Part shown: positions 7,354-16,604 of the stretch, in pieces
Numbering within the stretch: position 1 is the stretch's first letter
Layout of the letters: every line of letters begins with the position of its first letter
Assembly: GCA_963704755.1 (NCBI GenBank)
Contig: OY969938.1
Coordinates: 1,770,001 to 1,802,000, forward strand
DNA from: an uncultured Chloroflexia bacterium
GTDB taxonomy: Bacteria; Chloroflexota; Anaerolineae; Anaerolineales; Anaerolineaceae
Direction of reading: 5' to 3'
Length of the DNA: 32,000 nt
Program-made: the position numbers and the translations under genes
Notes under the pieces: model-generated
Database searches by the model: none
The model's input: the letters and a program-made list of their open reading frames with translations, nothing else
Told to the model about the DNA's origin: nothing

Positions 7354-8002
7354 CGTTACCTAAAATAGACTACATACCAGAAACATTATTAATGACCACC
7401 TGAATTTCAAACATATGAGGTTCGATATTCTCTTGGGTTTAACTGAGTTCTGCCTCTCAGCACATATTTTGTGCTATCGTTCGGGCCGGTCTCCAGACCG
7501 AGCCCGCTCTTCAACGCCGGCAAAGAACCCGGCTTTGAAAGCCGGGCTATCCAGTATCAACTCATGTAAGACTGACAAACGCCTCGAATTATGGAACTTT
7601 GTGTCAGGAACCCGAGTAGTTACGAATTCATCTCAAAAAGATACCCTACCTGACCCATGACACCTGACACCAGTTTTCCACCACTCCCCCACCCCACCGA
7701 CCAGTCGGGCCGCACAAATTGTTTACCCGGCTGGTGTATAATTTAAATTAACGAGATCGTAATCGTTTGAATAATTTTAGCCGGGTTTGGATTCTTTCAT
7801 GAGGTCCCAACAGCGATGGCACGGATAGAAACCTTTCCACCTGCCTCCAGCAACTGCCTTTCAATCGACATAAAGATGCATCGCTTCTCTATGACTTTGT
7901 ACTTCTCCGGGCCGGGGCAATAAATTCCTCAATTTCAAGGACTTCTATCGCGCCCGAGCGCCGATTGGCCCGCCCTTTCAGGACTGATTACAGGATGTCA
8001 AT

Positions 8003-9682
8003 ATGCTCGGCAAGGAAAATTTTCGATTGGATATAGAAGCCATGCTCCAACGCTATCCTTCGATCCAACAGGCTTTGCAAAATATCGATCAGGTGATCTG
8101 GATTCAGGATACAAGTGGCAATCTCCTGTATGTCAGCCCGGCTTTTGAGACAGTATGGAACCGCAGCCGTGAAAGTCTGTACGCCGACCCGTTAACCCTG
8201 ATTAAAAGCGTTCACCCGGAGGACCGGGTGAAAGTGATGTCCTCCAGCCCCGACCTCAACCGTAAATCCCTGGACCAGTCCTACCGGATACTACGGCCGG
8301 ATGGCAGCCTGCGCTATATCTCGGCCCATCTATTTCTGATCTGCGAAGAACCCCCGGCCGGTTCATACCAGGTCTGCATTGCCCAGGATGTCACCGATCA
8401 AAGCCTGGTCGACCAGACTTTGCGCAAGGCGCTGGATCGATCCCGCGAGCAATTTACCCTCAGCCGGCGCATGAGCCTGGCGCGGAAACCGGAAGCCGTG
8501 CTCAAAACATTGATGTCGGCCTCGGAGCTGCGGACGGCAAAACGCGCCTTTGTGCTGTTTTTTGAATCGCCGCCGGGTGGGCTTTCCCGGGACGTCGAGG
8601 TGATTACTTCCTGGCCCGCGGTTTCCTACCCGGCCGGTCCCAATACGAGCGAATCGCTTAACGAAGCCGGCCTGTTCGAAGACCTTTCATCACTGGATCT
8701 TTTCCACCCCTTAAAACCGGTGATTGTTTCGGAAATCTCCAGGGATCAGCGCCTGACACCCGCGGTACGGGACCTGCTGTTACAGGCCCAATTCCAAACC
8801 ATGGCCATCTTCCCGCTGGTCGCCCTGGGCAATTGGCTGGGGTGCCTTTTGGTGTTTTTCACCAAAGAGACCCATTTCGATCCGATTGAACTGCGCCATA
8901 TCAAGGTGTTGGTCGATCAAGCCACCATTACCTTATATAACCTCCAATTACTGGAAATCGAAGCGGAATCTCGCCACGAGGCCGAGCAGGCCAACGAGAT
9001 TAAGACCCGTTTCCTGGCCATGATTTCGCACGAGCTGCGCACACCATTGACGTCGATCAAAGGATTTACCACCACTCTTCTGGCAGACGACGTCACCTGG
9101 GAGCCGGAGGAGCAGCGCGACTTTATCCAGACCATCGAACAAGAGGCCAACCGGCTCCAGGAACTCATCGATCACTTGCTGGATCTTTCCCGGTTGGAAG
9201 CGGGGATGCTGCCGATCGAGTTAGAACCTCACGCCCTGGAAGAGATCATCGAGGATGCGCTGCCTCAATTTAAGGTCATGACCCAATCGCACACATTTTC
9301 CATCCGCATCCCAGCCAATCTCCCGCCCGTTTTTGCGGATGCAAAGCGGATCGCCCAGGTTCTGGTGAACCTGGTTCATAACGCGGCCATTTACACCCCG
9401 GCCGGAACGGAAATCATTCTCACTGCCCGGGCACGAAGGGAGTTTGTACAGGTGAGTGTCGTCGATTTAGGCCCCGGCATACCCCCTGCCGAACGTAAAC
9501 GCGTTTTTCAAGCCTTTCGCAGAGGCATTCACGAAGAGGATGGCGCCGGTAAAGGCGCGGGGTTGGGCCTGGCAATCTGTAAAGGGCTGGTAGAAGCCCA
9601 TGGCGGCCACATCTGGATCAAAAGACAAACTACTCCAGGAACGACCATTTCTTTTACCCTGCCGCTCGTTCCTTTAAAATAA
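8003..9682 (+). CDS. Sensor histidine kinase (PAS, GAF-like, HisKA, HATPase_c)
   Basis: H-box FLAMISHELRTPLTSIKG, N-box VLVNLVHNAAIYTP, G-boxes VVDLGPGIP and GAGLGLAICKGLVEAHGG. The N-terminal region is PAS-like (IWIQDTSGNLLYVSPAFETVW). Confidence 0.9.
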   Translation: MLGKENFRLDIEAMLQRYPSIQQALQNIDQVIWIQDTSGNLLYVSPAFETVWNRSRESLYADPLTLIKSVHPEDRVKVMSSSPDLNRKSLDQSYRILRPDGSLRYISAHLFLICEEPPAGSYQVCIAQDVTDQSLVDQTLRKALDRSREQFTLSRRMSLARKPEAVLKTLMSASELRTAKRAFVLFFESPPGGLSRDVEVITSWPAVSYPAGPNTSESLNEAGLFEDLSSLDLFHPLKPVIVSEISRDQRLTPAVRDLLLQAQFQTMAIFPLVALGNWLGCLLVFFTKETHFDPIELRHIKVLVDQATITLYNLQLLEIEAESRHEAEQANEIKTRFLAMISHELRTPLTSIKGFTTTLLADDVTWEPEEQRDFIQTIEQEANRLQELIDHLLDLSRLEAGMLPIELEPHALEEIIEDALPQFKVMTQSHTFSIRIPANLPPVFADAKRIAQVLVNLVHNAAIYTPAGTEIILTARARREFVQVSVVDLGPGIPPAERKRVFQAFRRGIHEEDGAGKGAGLGLAICKGLVEAHGGHIWIKRQTTPGTTISFTLPLVPLK

Positions 9683-9814
9683 GCCGGACTTCTCCCCGGT
9701 AAGAGACTGATCGCGTTTCAGCGATTTTGCCTCACCTGGGAGGGAATATTTTGGGAATAGCCCTCGAAAAAAGATGGATCCATCCGAACTGACCAGAAAG
9801 AAGCATAACAATTT

Positions 9815-10486
9815 ATGGGAAATATTTTAATCGTCGAAGACGACCCAAATATACGCAAGCTGGTGCGGGTCAACCTGGTCAAACGCGGCTATACCGTCAG
9901 TGAGGCAGAAGACAGCCATCAGGCAATGGCTCACTTCCAGGCCGAACCGTTCGACCTGGTGCTGCTCGACCTGGTGCTTCCGGGCTTATCCGGGGTGGAT
10001 ATCTGTGCCTGGATGCGGGCCCGGTCGGAAGTCCCTATTATCGTGTTGAGCGCCCGCTCGGAAGAGGATTTAAAAGTTGCTGCACTGGACGCAGGCGCCG
10101 ACGACTACGTCACTAAACCATTCGGGCAGGAAGAACTACTGGCGCGAGTGCGTGCCTTTCTGCGCCGTTCCTATACAGCGCCCCAAACCCCCGATTCGAT
10201 TATCCAAATAGGCGACCTGCGAATTGATTTAGAAGAGCGCCGTGTGTTCATTAATGAAGAGGATCTGCATCTCACCCGCACCGAATATGCTATCCTGGCC
10301 GAGCTGGCCCAACACCCAGACGCAATTGTCACCCACGACGAATTGATTACCCAGGTTTGGGGCCTTGAGTACCGTGGATCGAACCATTATTTGCACAATT
10401 ACCTGGGCCGGCTGCGCAAAAAGTTGGGGGCCTACAGCGACCGGATCGAAACCGTGCCGGGCATGGGATATATTCTTCATACTTAA
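9815..10486 (+). CDS. OmpR/KdpE-family response regulator (REC plus winged-helix)
   Basis: ILIVEDD, phospho-acceptor context DLVLLDLVLPG, TKPF. The C-terminal trans_reg_C-like part reads LTRTEYAILAELA...HYLHNYLGRLRKKL...VPGMGY. Confidence 0.9.
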   Translation: MGNILIVEDDPNIRKLVRVNLVKRGYTVSEAEDSHQAMAHFQAEPFDLVLLDLVLPGLSGVDICAWMRARSEVPIIVLSARSEEDLKVAALDAGADDYVTKPFGQEELLARVRAFLRRSYTAPQTPDSIIQIGDLRIDLEERRVFINEEDLHLTRTEYAILAELAQHPDAIVTHDELITQVWGLEYRGSNHYLHNYLGRLRKKLGAYSDRIETVPGMGYILHT

Positions 10487-10681
10487 CTCCCCAGGCTCAG
10501 GTAATCGAGTCTCTACACCCTTCAGGTTAAGCAACGGCCTTCCTGTAAAGATAGATCACCTCTCGAGCCGGCTCAAATTAATAGAAATTTAATAGGTTAA
10601 TTCAAGGACTTAAGGAGACCTTTTCGGTTAAGCTAAGTCGTATTACAAGTATTCCCCTTTGATTGAAAGTATAGGAAAAAA

Positions 10682-10969
10682 ATGGAAACAAAACTTTACG
10701 TAGGAAATATGTCTTTCGAGACAACCGAGCAAGAATTGCGCACGATGTTTACTGAAGCTGGTACCGTATCCTCAGTCGATATGATCACGGATCGCCAAAC
10801 CGGCCAGTCGAAGGGTTTTGCCTTCGTTACCATGAGCAACCAGGCCGAGGCCGAGAAAGCCATCAGCATGTTCGACACAAAAGAATTGAACGCGCGGGCT
10901 CTTAAAGTCAACGTAGCGAAGCCAAGAGAAGAACGCGCCCCCATGGGCGGTCGCCGCGACAGGCATTAA
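10682..10969 (+). CDS. RRM-type RNA-binding protein
   Basis: RNP-2 KLYVGNM and RNP-1 KGFAFVTM, with a basic Arg/Gly C-terminal tail. Confidence 0.9.
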   Translation: METKLYVGNMSFETTEQELRTMFTEAGTVSSVDMITDRQTGQSKGFAFVTMSNQAEAEKAISMFDTKELNARALKVNVAKPREERAPMGGRRDRH

Positions 10970-11011
10970 TCTCTTCAGACTGCACAGAATGTTCGTCTGA
11001 GTTGAATTTTT

Positions 11012-11049
11012 CGTATCGAGCCTGTAGTTAGAGGCTCGATACGTTTTTT
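11012..11049 (+). terminator. Intrinsic terminator of the RRM gene
   Basis: Perfect 12-bp stem cgtatcgagcct / aggctcgatacg, 8-nt loop, then T6 (11044-11049). Confidence 0.8.
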
Positions 11050-11281
11050 AGGAATTTTATAGATTGTCGCAAGGACGTAGATAGACCCCGTCAGGTATGA
11101 TGGAAATTACGAAGGTAGGATTGATTTCTGATGACAAAAAAGACCATTACAACCAAAAAATTTAACGAAATCGCAGCGCACCCATGTACGGAGATTGAAA
11201 CAGGAAGCTCGCAAAGAAGACAAAGTTTATAAGCCTGGTCTCCTGTAAACATTTCTTCATCGAACGAAGGAGCTGAATTTT

Positions 11282-11809
11282 ATGCCACGGACTACTTTCT
11301 ATATCAATGAAAAAGTACAGGTTACTTTCCAGCCTAACATTGGCCTGGATGCTTCCGATCGCCAGTCCGTAGTGGAAATTCTCAATATTATTCTGGCCGA
11401 TGAATCCGTGTTATTGTCCAAAACCCATCGCGCAGAAGAGCATCCGGCTGAAACCGTTCTGCCTGACTTATTAGCCCTTTTCAAGGCTCAATGTGATCCA
11501 ATCCATCACATTATCCTCGAGGTTGTGGAACGAATAAACATATTAGGTGGTTCACCCATTCACAATCAAGATGAATTAATCGACACGGCTCGATTATACG
11601 GAAGCGCCGAAGTCATTCCCGGCGCCACGGCAATATTAGCCGACCACGAAGCCTTCATCCGCTATTTGCGTGAAGATGCCCAGAAATGTGCTGAACTGTA
11701 TGAAGATCAGGGCAGCTTTGCACAGCTTGTCAGCGTCATGCGGCAGCACGAAAAAATGGCCTGGACGCTGCGTCCTTTTATCGAGCCGGGCCTGCCTGGC
11801 GACAGTTAA
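11282..11809 (+). CDS. dps: Dps/ferritin-like DNA-protection protein
   Basis: ILNIILADESVLLSKTHRAEEH, VVERINILGGSPI and ILADHEAFIRYLRE...QHEKMAWTLRPFIE follow the Dps helix pattern as I remember it. SD GAAGGAG lies upstream. Confidence 0.7.
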   Translation: MPRTTFYINEKVQVTFQPNIGLDASDRQSVVEILNIILADESVLLSKTHRAEEHPAETVLPDLLALFKAQCDPIHHIILEVVERINILGGSPIHNQDELIDTARLYGSAEVIPGATAILADHEAFIRYLREDAQKCAELYEDQGSFAQLVSVMRQHEKMAWTLRPFIEPGLPGDS

Positions 11810-11881
11810 CTGCTGGCTCAGGAAAAAGCTCAGCATTGGTTTTGAGGTTTGGCTATATGGGCAATAATTTGTGCAAAGGAT

Positions 11882-12121
11882 ATGATGAACGAATTACAGA
11901 TGACCAAGATTTTGGAACAGTTTAGCCGCAAGAGCGAACCGGTGAATGGGCAAGTTAAAGTCACACGCGTTCCGGATTACAAGACGGTCTACATCGAACA
12001 AATGGGGGGAATTGGGCGTGCGGTTATGCTGAGCGAGTTCAAAGTGGATGGAAAAACGTATTGGGCAGGGTACAGCGAACGCAGCGATACCGTTTTCGTG
12101 AGCCAGGCCAGCCCGGACTAG
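11882..12121 (+). CDS. Small hypothetical protein (about 79 aa)
   Basis: Open frame with ATG 11882/11885 after AAAGGA. There are no recognisable motifs. It ends in TAG and is followed by a hairpin. Confidence 0.4.
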   Translation: MMNELQMTKILEQFSRKSEPVNGQVKVTRVPDYKTVYIEQMGGIGRAVMLSEFKVDGKTYWAGYSERSDTVFVSQASPD

Positions 12122-12158
12122 CAGGTAAAACCATTAACCGCCCTGGAAAATTTAACAA

Positions 12159-12191
12159 AAATCCCCAGGGCCTCGTTTGCCCTGGGGATTT
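12159..12191. terminator. Hairpin between convergent units, with a T-run on the - strand
   Basis: 12-bp stem aaatccccaggg / ccctggggattt with a 9-nt loop. On the - strand it is followed by TTTTTGTT. Confidence 0.5.
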
Positions 12192-12215
12192 ACCATAATT
12201 GTATGCTGATTTGTT

Positions 12216-12497
12216 TTAGATCGCGCCGGTAGCGATGGCGCGCCCGGTCAGGTAACCAAAGGTCAGGCAGCATGCGCCCAGGTTGTTACCCGCAACGTTG
12301 AAGTTGTAGCAGTTGGCGTAGTAGTCGCCGGTCATGGTGCCCACGTTGAACAGGCCAGGGATGGGCTAGTCGTTCTCGTCGCACACCTGCAGGTTGAGGT
12401 TGGTGCGCAGGCCGCCCATGACGGTCAGGAAATCGGGTGGGTTCGAGAAATCGCCGTAGAACGGCCCAGTCTTGATCGGGGCCAAAGGGTTTGTCAT
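12216..12497 (-). pseudogene. C-terminal fragment of an FAD-dependent oxidoreductase (fumarate-reductase/KstD-like flavoprotein) with an in-frame TAG
   Basis: Translation is MTNPLAPIKTGPFYGDFSNPPDFLTVMGGLRTNLNLQVCDEND*PIPGLFNVGTMTGDYYANCYNFNVAGNNLGACCLTFGYLTGRAIATGAI. It matches only the last ~90 aa pattern of such flavoproteins (..PFY..T.GGl....v.d..g.PIpGLya.G...G......g.LG....fG...G). The TAG is at 12366-12368. Confidence 0.6.
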
Positions 12498-12531
12498 CGC
12501 GAAGGCAGCAAAAAACGCTGCCTTCGCGATG
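12495..12531. repeat. 15-bp perfect inverted repeat at the truncation point of the flavoprotein fragment
   Basis: catcgcgaaggcagc (12495-12509), loop aaaaaac, gctgccttcgcgatg (12517-12531). Confidence 0.8.
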
Positions 12532-12865
12532 GCAATGTTCCTGTTTTTTTGTCAAGTGAACACAAGAAGGCCATTCTGGTCTGAGTCTTTCCCCTTCCGC
12601 TGCCTGGAGTATTTTCCCCAGGGTGTGGAAAAAGCGGGACGTGTTTCTCTTGGGGAGGACGTCGGCGGGGAACCGGCCGGAAAGCGGCCGGCCACGGAAT
12701 ATTCCCGCTGGAGCGCTCGATTATTCCATATTGCTATTCGGCCAGGTTAATTCTCCGCCAGGAGAAAATTTATAGATATTTAATAGGTCGTATCCGGGAC
12801 ATAGATAGGTCTTTTCGATTACCATGCTATTGTAGAAAAATTCTGCCCCCAGCAGATTTTACAGG

Positions 12866-13108
12866 ATGCATCGTCATCAAACCCTCAGAAAGGCCTATTG
12901 GATGCCAAGAAAATATAATTTCGAGAATCAATCCGAGGGTAAGGCCAAACGCGAACGGTTACTTGCCATGCTTAAGGTCCGGTATGGTTACACCAACGAG
13001 AAGGCGGTGGACGAATTGCAAAGGCTTCTAAGGCAGTTCTACATCACCAACAAGTCACTGGGTACCCACCACGCGAAGCCCGCTCTCGGAAATCCTGGTC
13101 CCAAATAG
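12866..13108 (+). CDS. Small hypothetical protein (80 aa; alternative start at 12902)
   Basis: Open frame only, with no motif recognised. It ends in TAG. Confidence 0.35.
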   Translation: MHRHQTLRKAYWMPRKYNFENQSEGKAKRERLLAMLKVRYGYTNEKAVDELQRLLRQFYITNKSLGTHHAKPALGNPGPK

Positions 13109-13230
13109 TCGGGGCACAGGAATGGATTAAACTTTAAGGGGACTGCCCTATCCAGCCTGGACCTTTTTCAATAAGCTGAGTAGATCCAATTTTATTCGCC
13201 TGTTCGTGTAAGTTTTCAAGGAGTAAAATC

Positions 13231-13689
13231 ATGAAAAGAGAAGTGGGTTTATGGATTGATCGCAACAAAACGGTGATGGTCACCATCCAAGAAGAAACGG
13301 AAGCGATTCTAGAAGTAAAATCGAACATCGAGAAGCGCCTTCAATCCTCAAGTGGCAAGAATGCTAAAACCCCCAACACATCCGAAGGCTCAACGGCAGA
13401 AGATATGATGGACCGGCGATTTGGGAACCACCTTGGCAAATACTATGAAGGAGTTATCTCCCTTATCCGTGAAGCCGATTCTATTTGGATATTTGGCCCT
13501 GGCGAGGCAAAAATCGAACTTGAAAATTGCCTGAAGCGCGATAACCTTGGAGACCGTATCGTAGGTGTGGATACTGTCGACCGGATGACCGATCATCAAA
13601 TTGCTGCTAAGGTCAGAGATCGGTTTCAAAATAAGTTGCCATCTGCCCTGCCACAAACAATTGATCAAGGGAGAGGCTCCAAAAGATAG
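13231..13689 (+). CDS. Hypothetical protein, possibly of the host-attachment / bacterial eRF1-like family
   Basis: A strong SD AAGGAG lies 8 nt upstream. The pattern [13 protein letters not shown] ... [38 protein letters not shown]...[23 protein letters not shown] resembles that family from memory. This is not verified. Confidence 0.6.
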   Translation: MKREVGLWIDRNKTVMVTIQEETEAILEVKSNIEKRLQSSSGKNAKTPNTSEGSTAEDMMDRRFGNHLGKYYEGVISLIREADSIWIFGPGEAKIELENCLKRDNLGDRIVGVDTVDRMTDHQIAAKVRDRFQNKLPSALPQTIDQGRGSKR

Positions 13690-13708
13690 CCTCGAACAAG
13701 GAGATCAA

Positions 13709-14192
13709 ATGGAACAGAAGAAAATACCCATCGAACGCAACAAGAAAATAGCCCTGGTCGCGCACGATAACAAAAAGCCCGACCTGGTCGAGTGGGCCAA
13801 ATTCAATCGTGACCTGCTTGCCCACCATACTGTTTACGCCACCGGCACCACCGGAGCGTTATTAGAGCGCGAGCTCGGTTTCCCCATTCAAAAGCTCGAG
13901 AGCGGACCGCTCGGTGGAGATCAACAAATCGGGGCCAAAATCGTGGTAGGTGACATCGACTTTTTGATTTTCTTCTGGGATCCGCTCGAGTTCGATGTCC
14001 CATGACCCGGACGTAAAAGCACTTCTACGAATGGCCGTGGTGTGGAACATTCCGATCGCCTGTAACCGGGCAACCGCCGATTTCATGATCTCCTCGCCGC
14101 TGATGGATGAGGAATACGATCGCCTACTGCCCGAATATGATGATTTCAGGAATCGCAAAGCGATTCAAAAAATTTCGAATTCTCCCACGTAA
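13709..14192 (+). pseudogene. mgsA: Methylglyoxal synthase, split by a 1-nt frameshift at the CCC run 13999-14001
   Basis: [17 protein letters not shown]...[11 protein letters not shown]...[27 protein letters not shown] runs to the stop at 14003-14005. The next frame continues with [29 protein letters not shown]. coli MgsA has [20 protein letters not shown]. Adding one C restores DVPHDPDVK. Confidence 0.85.
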
Positions 14193-14324
14193 AAATCCCG
14201 GCAGGCTCCCGGATTGCCCCGCCCTGGCCAAGAAATCCAACCGAGCGGATTTCTACTCTTTAGCCGAACAAATTTCCACCGCTGAAATTCTCGAAAAAAT
14301 TTAGGGCGATGGATGTATTTTCAT

Positions 14325-16604
14325 TTAATCGATCCCGGCCACTTTCTCTGCCGAAATAGGCAGATTCTTAATCCGCTTACCACTGGCGGCAAATACGGCG
14401 TTGGCAATGGCCGGCGCGGCAGCCGGTACGGCAATTTCCGCCACGCCTTTGACACCATATGGGCCGGTCTTTTCTGGAATTTCCAGCAAGGTGATTTTGA
14501 TTTGTTCCGGCATGTCGCGGGTGGTGGGCAGCAGGTATTCGCTAAAACTATCCACCCATTTTTGGTTATCCTTTAACGGCATGTCTTCGTACAGGGCGTA
14601 TCCGATCCCCATCGAAATGCCGCCCTCGATCTGGCCTTCCGTTGCCGCCCGGTTGATTACTCTCCCGACGTCATGGATGGCTTCGAATTGTTTGACCTGA
14701 ATCGTCCCTAAAAGCGGATCCACCTCTACCCGCGCAACCTGGGCGGCAAAAGTGAATTTGACGTGGGGCATACCGATCGGTAAATGCTGCGGGGTGGTCT
14801 CTTCCGGGTAAGGGAAGGTCGCGGTTGCCTGGGCCTGAATGGGTTGATTATCTTCGGCTGCCCGGCTGGAGAATTCGCTGGCTGCATAGCGCCGGCCATT
14901 GAGGTCGATGATTTCACCGCGGCGATAGCCGAGATCGTCCGGGGAGACCTGCAATCGTTGGGCCGCCGCCGTGATTAAATTCTGGCGCAGTTGTTGGGCG
15001 GCGGCGTGCAGTGCATTGCCTGCCAGATAGGTCATGCGTGAGCCGCAGGTGGTGCCGCCGTTGGGGGTAACCAGGGTGTCGATCGGGACGGTCACAACCT
15101 GGTCGAAGGGCAAATCCAGGGCGGCCGCGACCATTTGTTCCGAAACGGTCGTCAGGCCCTGGCCAAGATCAGGGGCGCCCAGGTACACCGCCACCCGGCC
15201 ATCCGGCAGCCATTCCAGGCGGTGAGCGGATTGGTCCAGTATTTTCGCACCCAGTCCCATGGATTGGATGGCCAGCGCAAACCCCACTCCGCTGGCTTTC
15301 CCCGGGCCGGCCGGGATTTGACCCAGCCTTTCGCGCGCTTCGGCGACGGCGTCCAGGCACAGCGGCAGGCTATTGGCCGTTTCGTCGACCACCACACGCG
15401 TTGCCAGCGAATCCCCCGGCCGCAGAATATTCTTGCGGCGCAATTCGATGGGATCCATGCCCAATCGTTCCGCCAGCATGTCCAGGCTGCTTTCGATGGC
15501 GAAGTGCGCCTGCGGGCTGCCGAATCCACGCATGGCGCCTGAATAAGGGCTGTTCGTGTATACCACGTAGGTTTGCACATCCACGTTGGGAATGCGGTAG
15601 GCGCCCTGGACCAGTTCGGTCAGCAAGCCGCCCACAGCCGGGCCAAATGACGAATATGCGCCGGTGTCCATATGGACGATTCCCTGCAAGGCGACCAGCG
15701 TCCCGTCATTTTTGGCGCCCAGTTTGATGTGGATCTGGGCCGGGTGCCTTTTTGGATGGGCCACGAAGGATTCATGACGGTCGTTGGCCACCAGCACTGT
15801 ACTGTGGGTGATGTAAGCGGCCAGTGCGGCCAGTACCGCGATACTGGCGTCCTCCTTGCCGCCGAAAGCGCCGCCTACCATGGCGCCGATGACCTGAATT
15901 TTCTCAACCGGTAAGGCCAACACACCGGCGATGGTCTGCTGATCGTCGAATGGTTTTTGCGAACTGACCCACACGGTCAGGCTGCCATCCGGATTCCATT
16001 TTGCCAGCGAATTTTCTGGCTCCATATAACCGGGTGAAATCCGTTGAACCGAGAAGTCATCCTCCAGGATCACATCCGCCCCGGCGAAACCCGCTTCGAT
16101 ATTTCCAGCGGCGACCACGTAGCTGGCGTTGAGATTGCCGCTATCCTGCACCTGAGGCGCATCCGCTTGCAAGGCCGCGCGCGGATCGAATACGGCCGGC
16201 AGCGGATCGTAATCTACACGCACACAGCTGGCCGCGCGTTGGGCGATTTCTTTGCTTTCTGCAATCACCATAACAACCGGTTCACCGATATGGCGCACGC
16301 GATCGAAGGCCAGCACCGGTTGGTCGGGGATAATCGAGCCGATAGTTTTATCCCCGGGTACGTCCCGGGCGGTGATGACGGCCAGCACACCGGGGATCGC
16401 GCGGGCAGCCCCGGCGTCGATGTTCAGTATACGGGCGTGATGGTGGGGCGAACGAACCACGGCGGTGTACCGCAGCCCTTTGGCCGGGATGTCGGCCGTG
16501 TATTGAGCCGTACCGGTGACCTTGCTCCAGGCATCTTTGCGAATCGCAGATTTGCCGATGATTTCTTCCCGGCCGTCCGCTGCATAATTTTCTCGATTAA
16601 GCAT
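14325..16604 (-). CDS. Xanthine dehydrogenase/aldehyde oxidase-family molybdopterin-binding large subunit
   Basis: 759 aa. Family-typical segments include GTAQYTADIP, GGAFGGK, GAMRGFGSPQ and PYGVKGVAEIA. It overlaps the 2Fe-2S subunit gene by 8 nt. Confidence 0.9.
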   Translation of the reverse strand: MLNRENYAADGREEIIGKSAIRKDAWSKVTGTAQYTADIPAKGLRYTAVVRSPHHHARILNIDAGAARAIPGVLAVITARDVPGDKTIGSIIPDQPVLAFDRVRHIGEPVVMVIAESKEIAQRAASCVRVDYDPLPAVFDPRAALQADAPQVQDSGNLNASYVVAAGNIEAGFAGADVILEDDFSVQRISPGYMEPENSLAKWNPDGSLTVWVSSQKPFDDQQTIAGVLALPVEKIQVIGAMVGGAFGGKEDASIAVLAALAAYITHSTVLVANDRHESFVAHPKRHPAQIHIKLGAKNDGTLVALQGIVHMDTGAYSSFGPAVGGLLTELVQGAYRIPNVDVQTYVVYTNSPYSGAMRGFGSPQAHFAIESSLDMLAERLGMDPIELRRKNILRPGDSLATRVVVDETANSLPLCLDAVAEARERLGQIPAGPGKASGVGFALAIQSMGLGAKILDQSAHRLEWLPDGRVAVYLGAPDLGQGLTTVSEQMVAAALDLPFDQVVTVPIDTLVTPNGGTTCGSRMTYLAGNALHAAAQQLRQNLITAAAQRLQVSPDDLGYRRGEIIDLNGRRYAASEFSSRAAEDNQPIQAQATATFPYPEETTPQHLPIGMPHVKFTFAAQVARVEVDPLLGTIQVKQFEAIHDVGRVINRAATEGQIEGGISMGIGYALYEDMPLKDNQKWVDSFSEYLLPTTRDMPEQIKITLLEIPEKTGPYGVKGVAEIAVPAAAPAIANAVFAASGKRIKNLPISAEKVAGID

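Larger units (their letters stand above)
4140..7470. other. AT-rich genomic island of probable horizontal origin, with no recognisable mobility gene
   Basis: Spot counts of single 60-nt lines gave about 28-42 % G+C inside (lines 4441, 5341, 6061) against about 55-67 % in the flanks (for example line 8581). The boundaries are approximate and judged by eye. Confidence 0.7.

Noticed and set aside
7419-7426. GGTTCGAT resembling a tRNA T-loop, which could mark a tRNA-derived att site at the island edge.
   Set aside because: The flanking bases do not pair into a T-stem, and no acceptor or anticodon arms can be drawn.
7415-7660. 81-aa ORF to the right of the island.
   Set aside because: It has no SD, it spans two GC-rich hairpins (near 7482-7506 and 7527-7545), and the product is Ser/Arg/Pro-rich. 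It looks like non-coding junction DNA.
4072-7684. The shared octamer tccaccac at 4072-4079 and 7677-7684 as possible target-site duplication flanking the island.
   Set aside because: An 8-mer match between two windows of several hundred bp is expected by chance, and the similarity does not extend beyond it.
3817-12368. The three in-frame TAG codons (3817-3819, 7021-7023, 12366-12368) could mean that TAG is reassigned, for example to Gln, since at least the higA TAG falls on an expected Gln.
   Set aside because: TAG terminates well-conserved genes at their expected C-termini in this same window (LacI-family gene at 20076-20078, araB at 27851-27853). Two of the three TAGs lie in genes that are otherwise decayed, so nonsense mutation or sequencing error is the simpler explanation.
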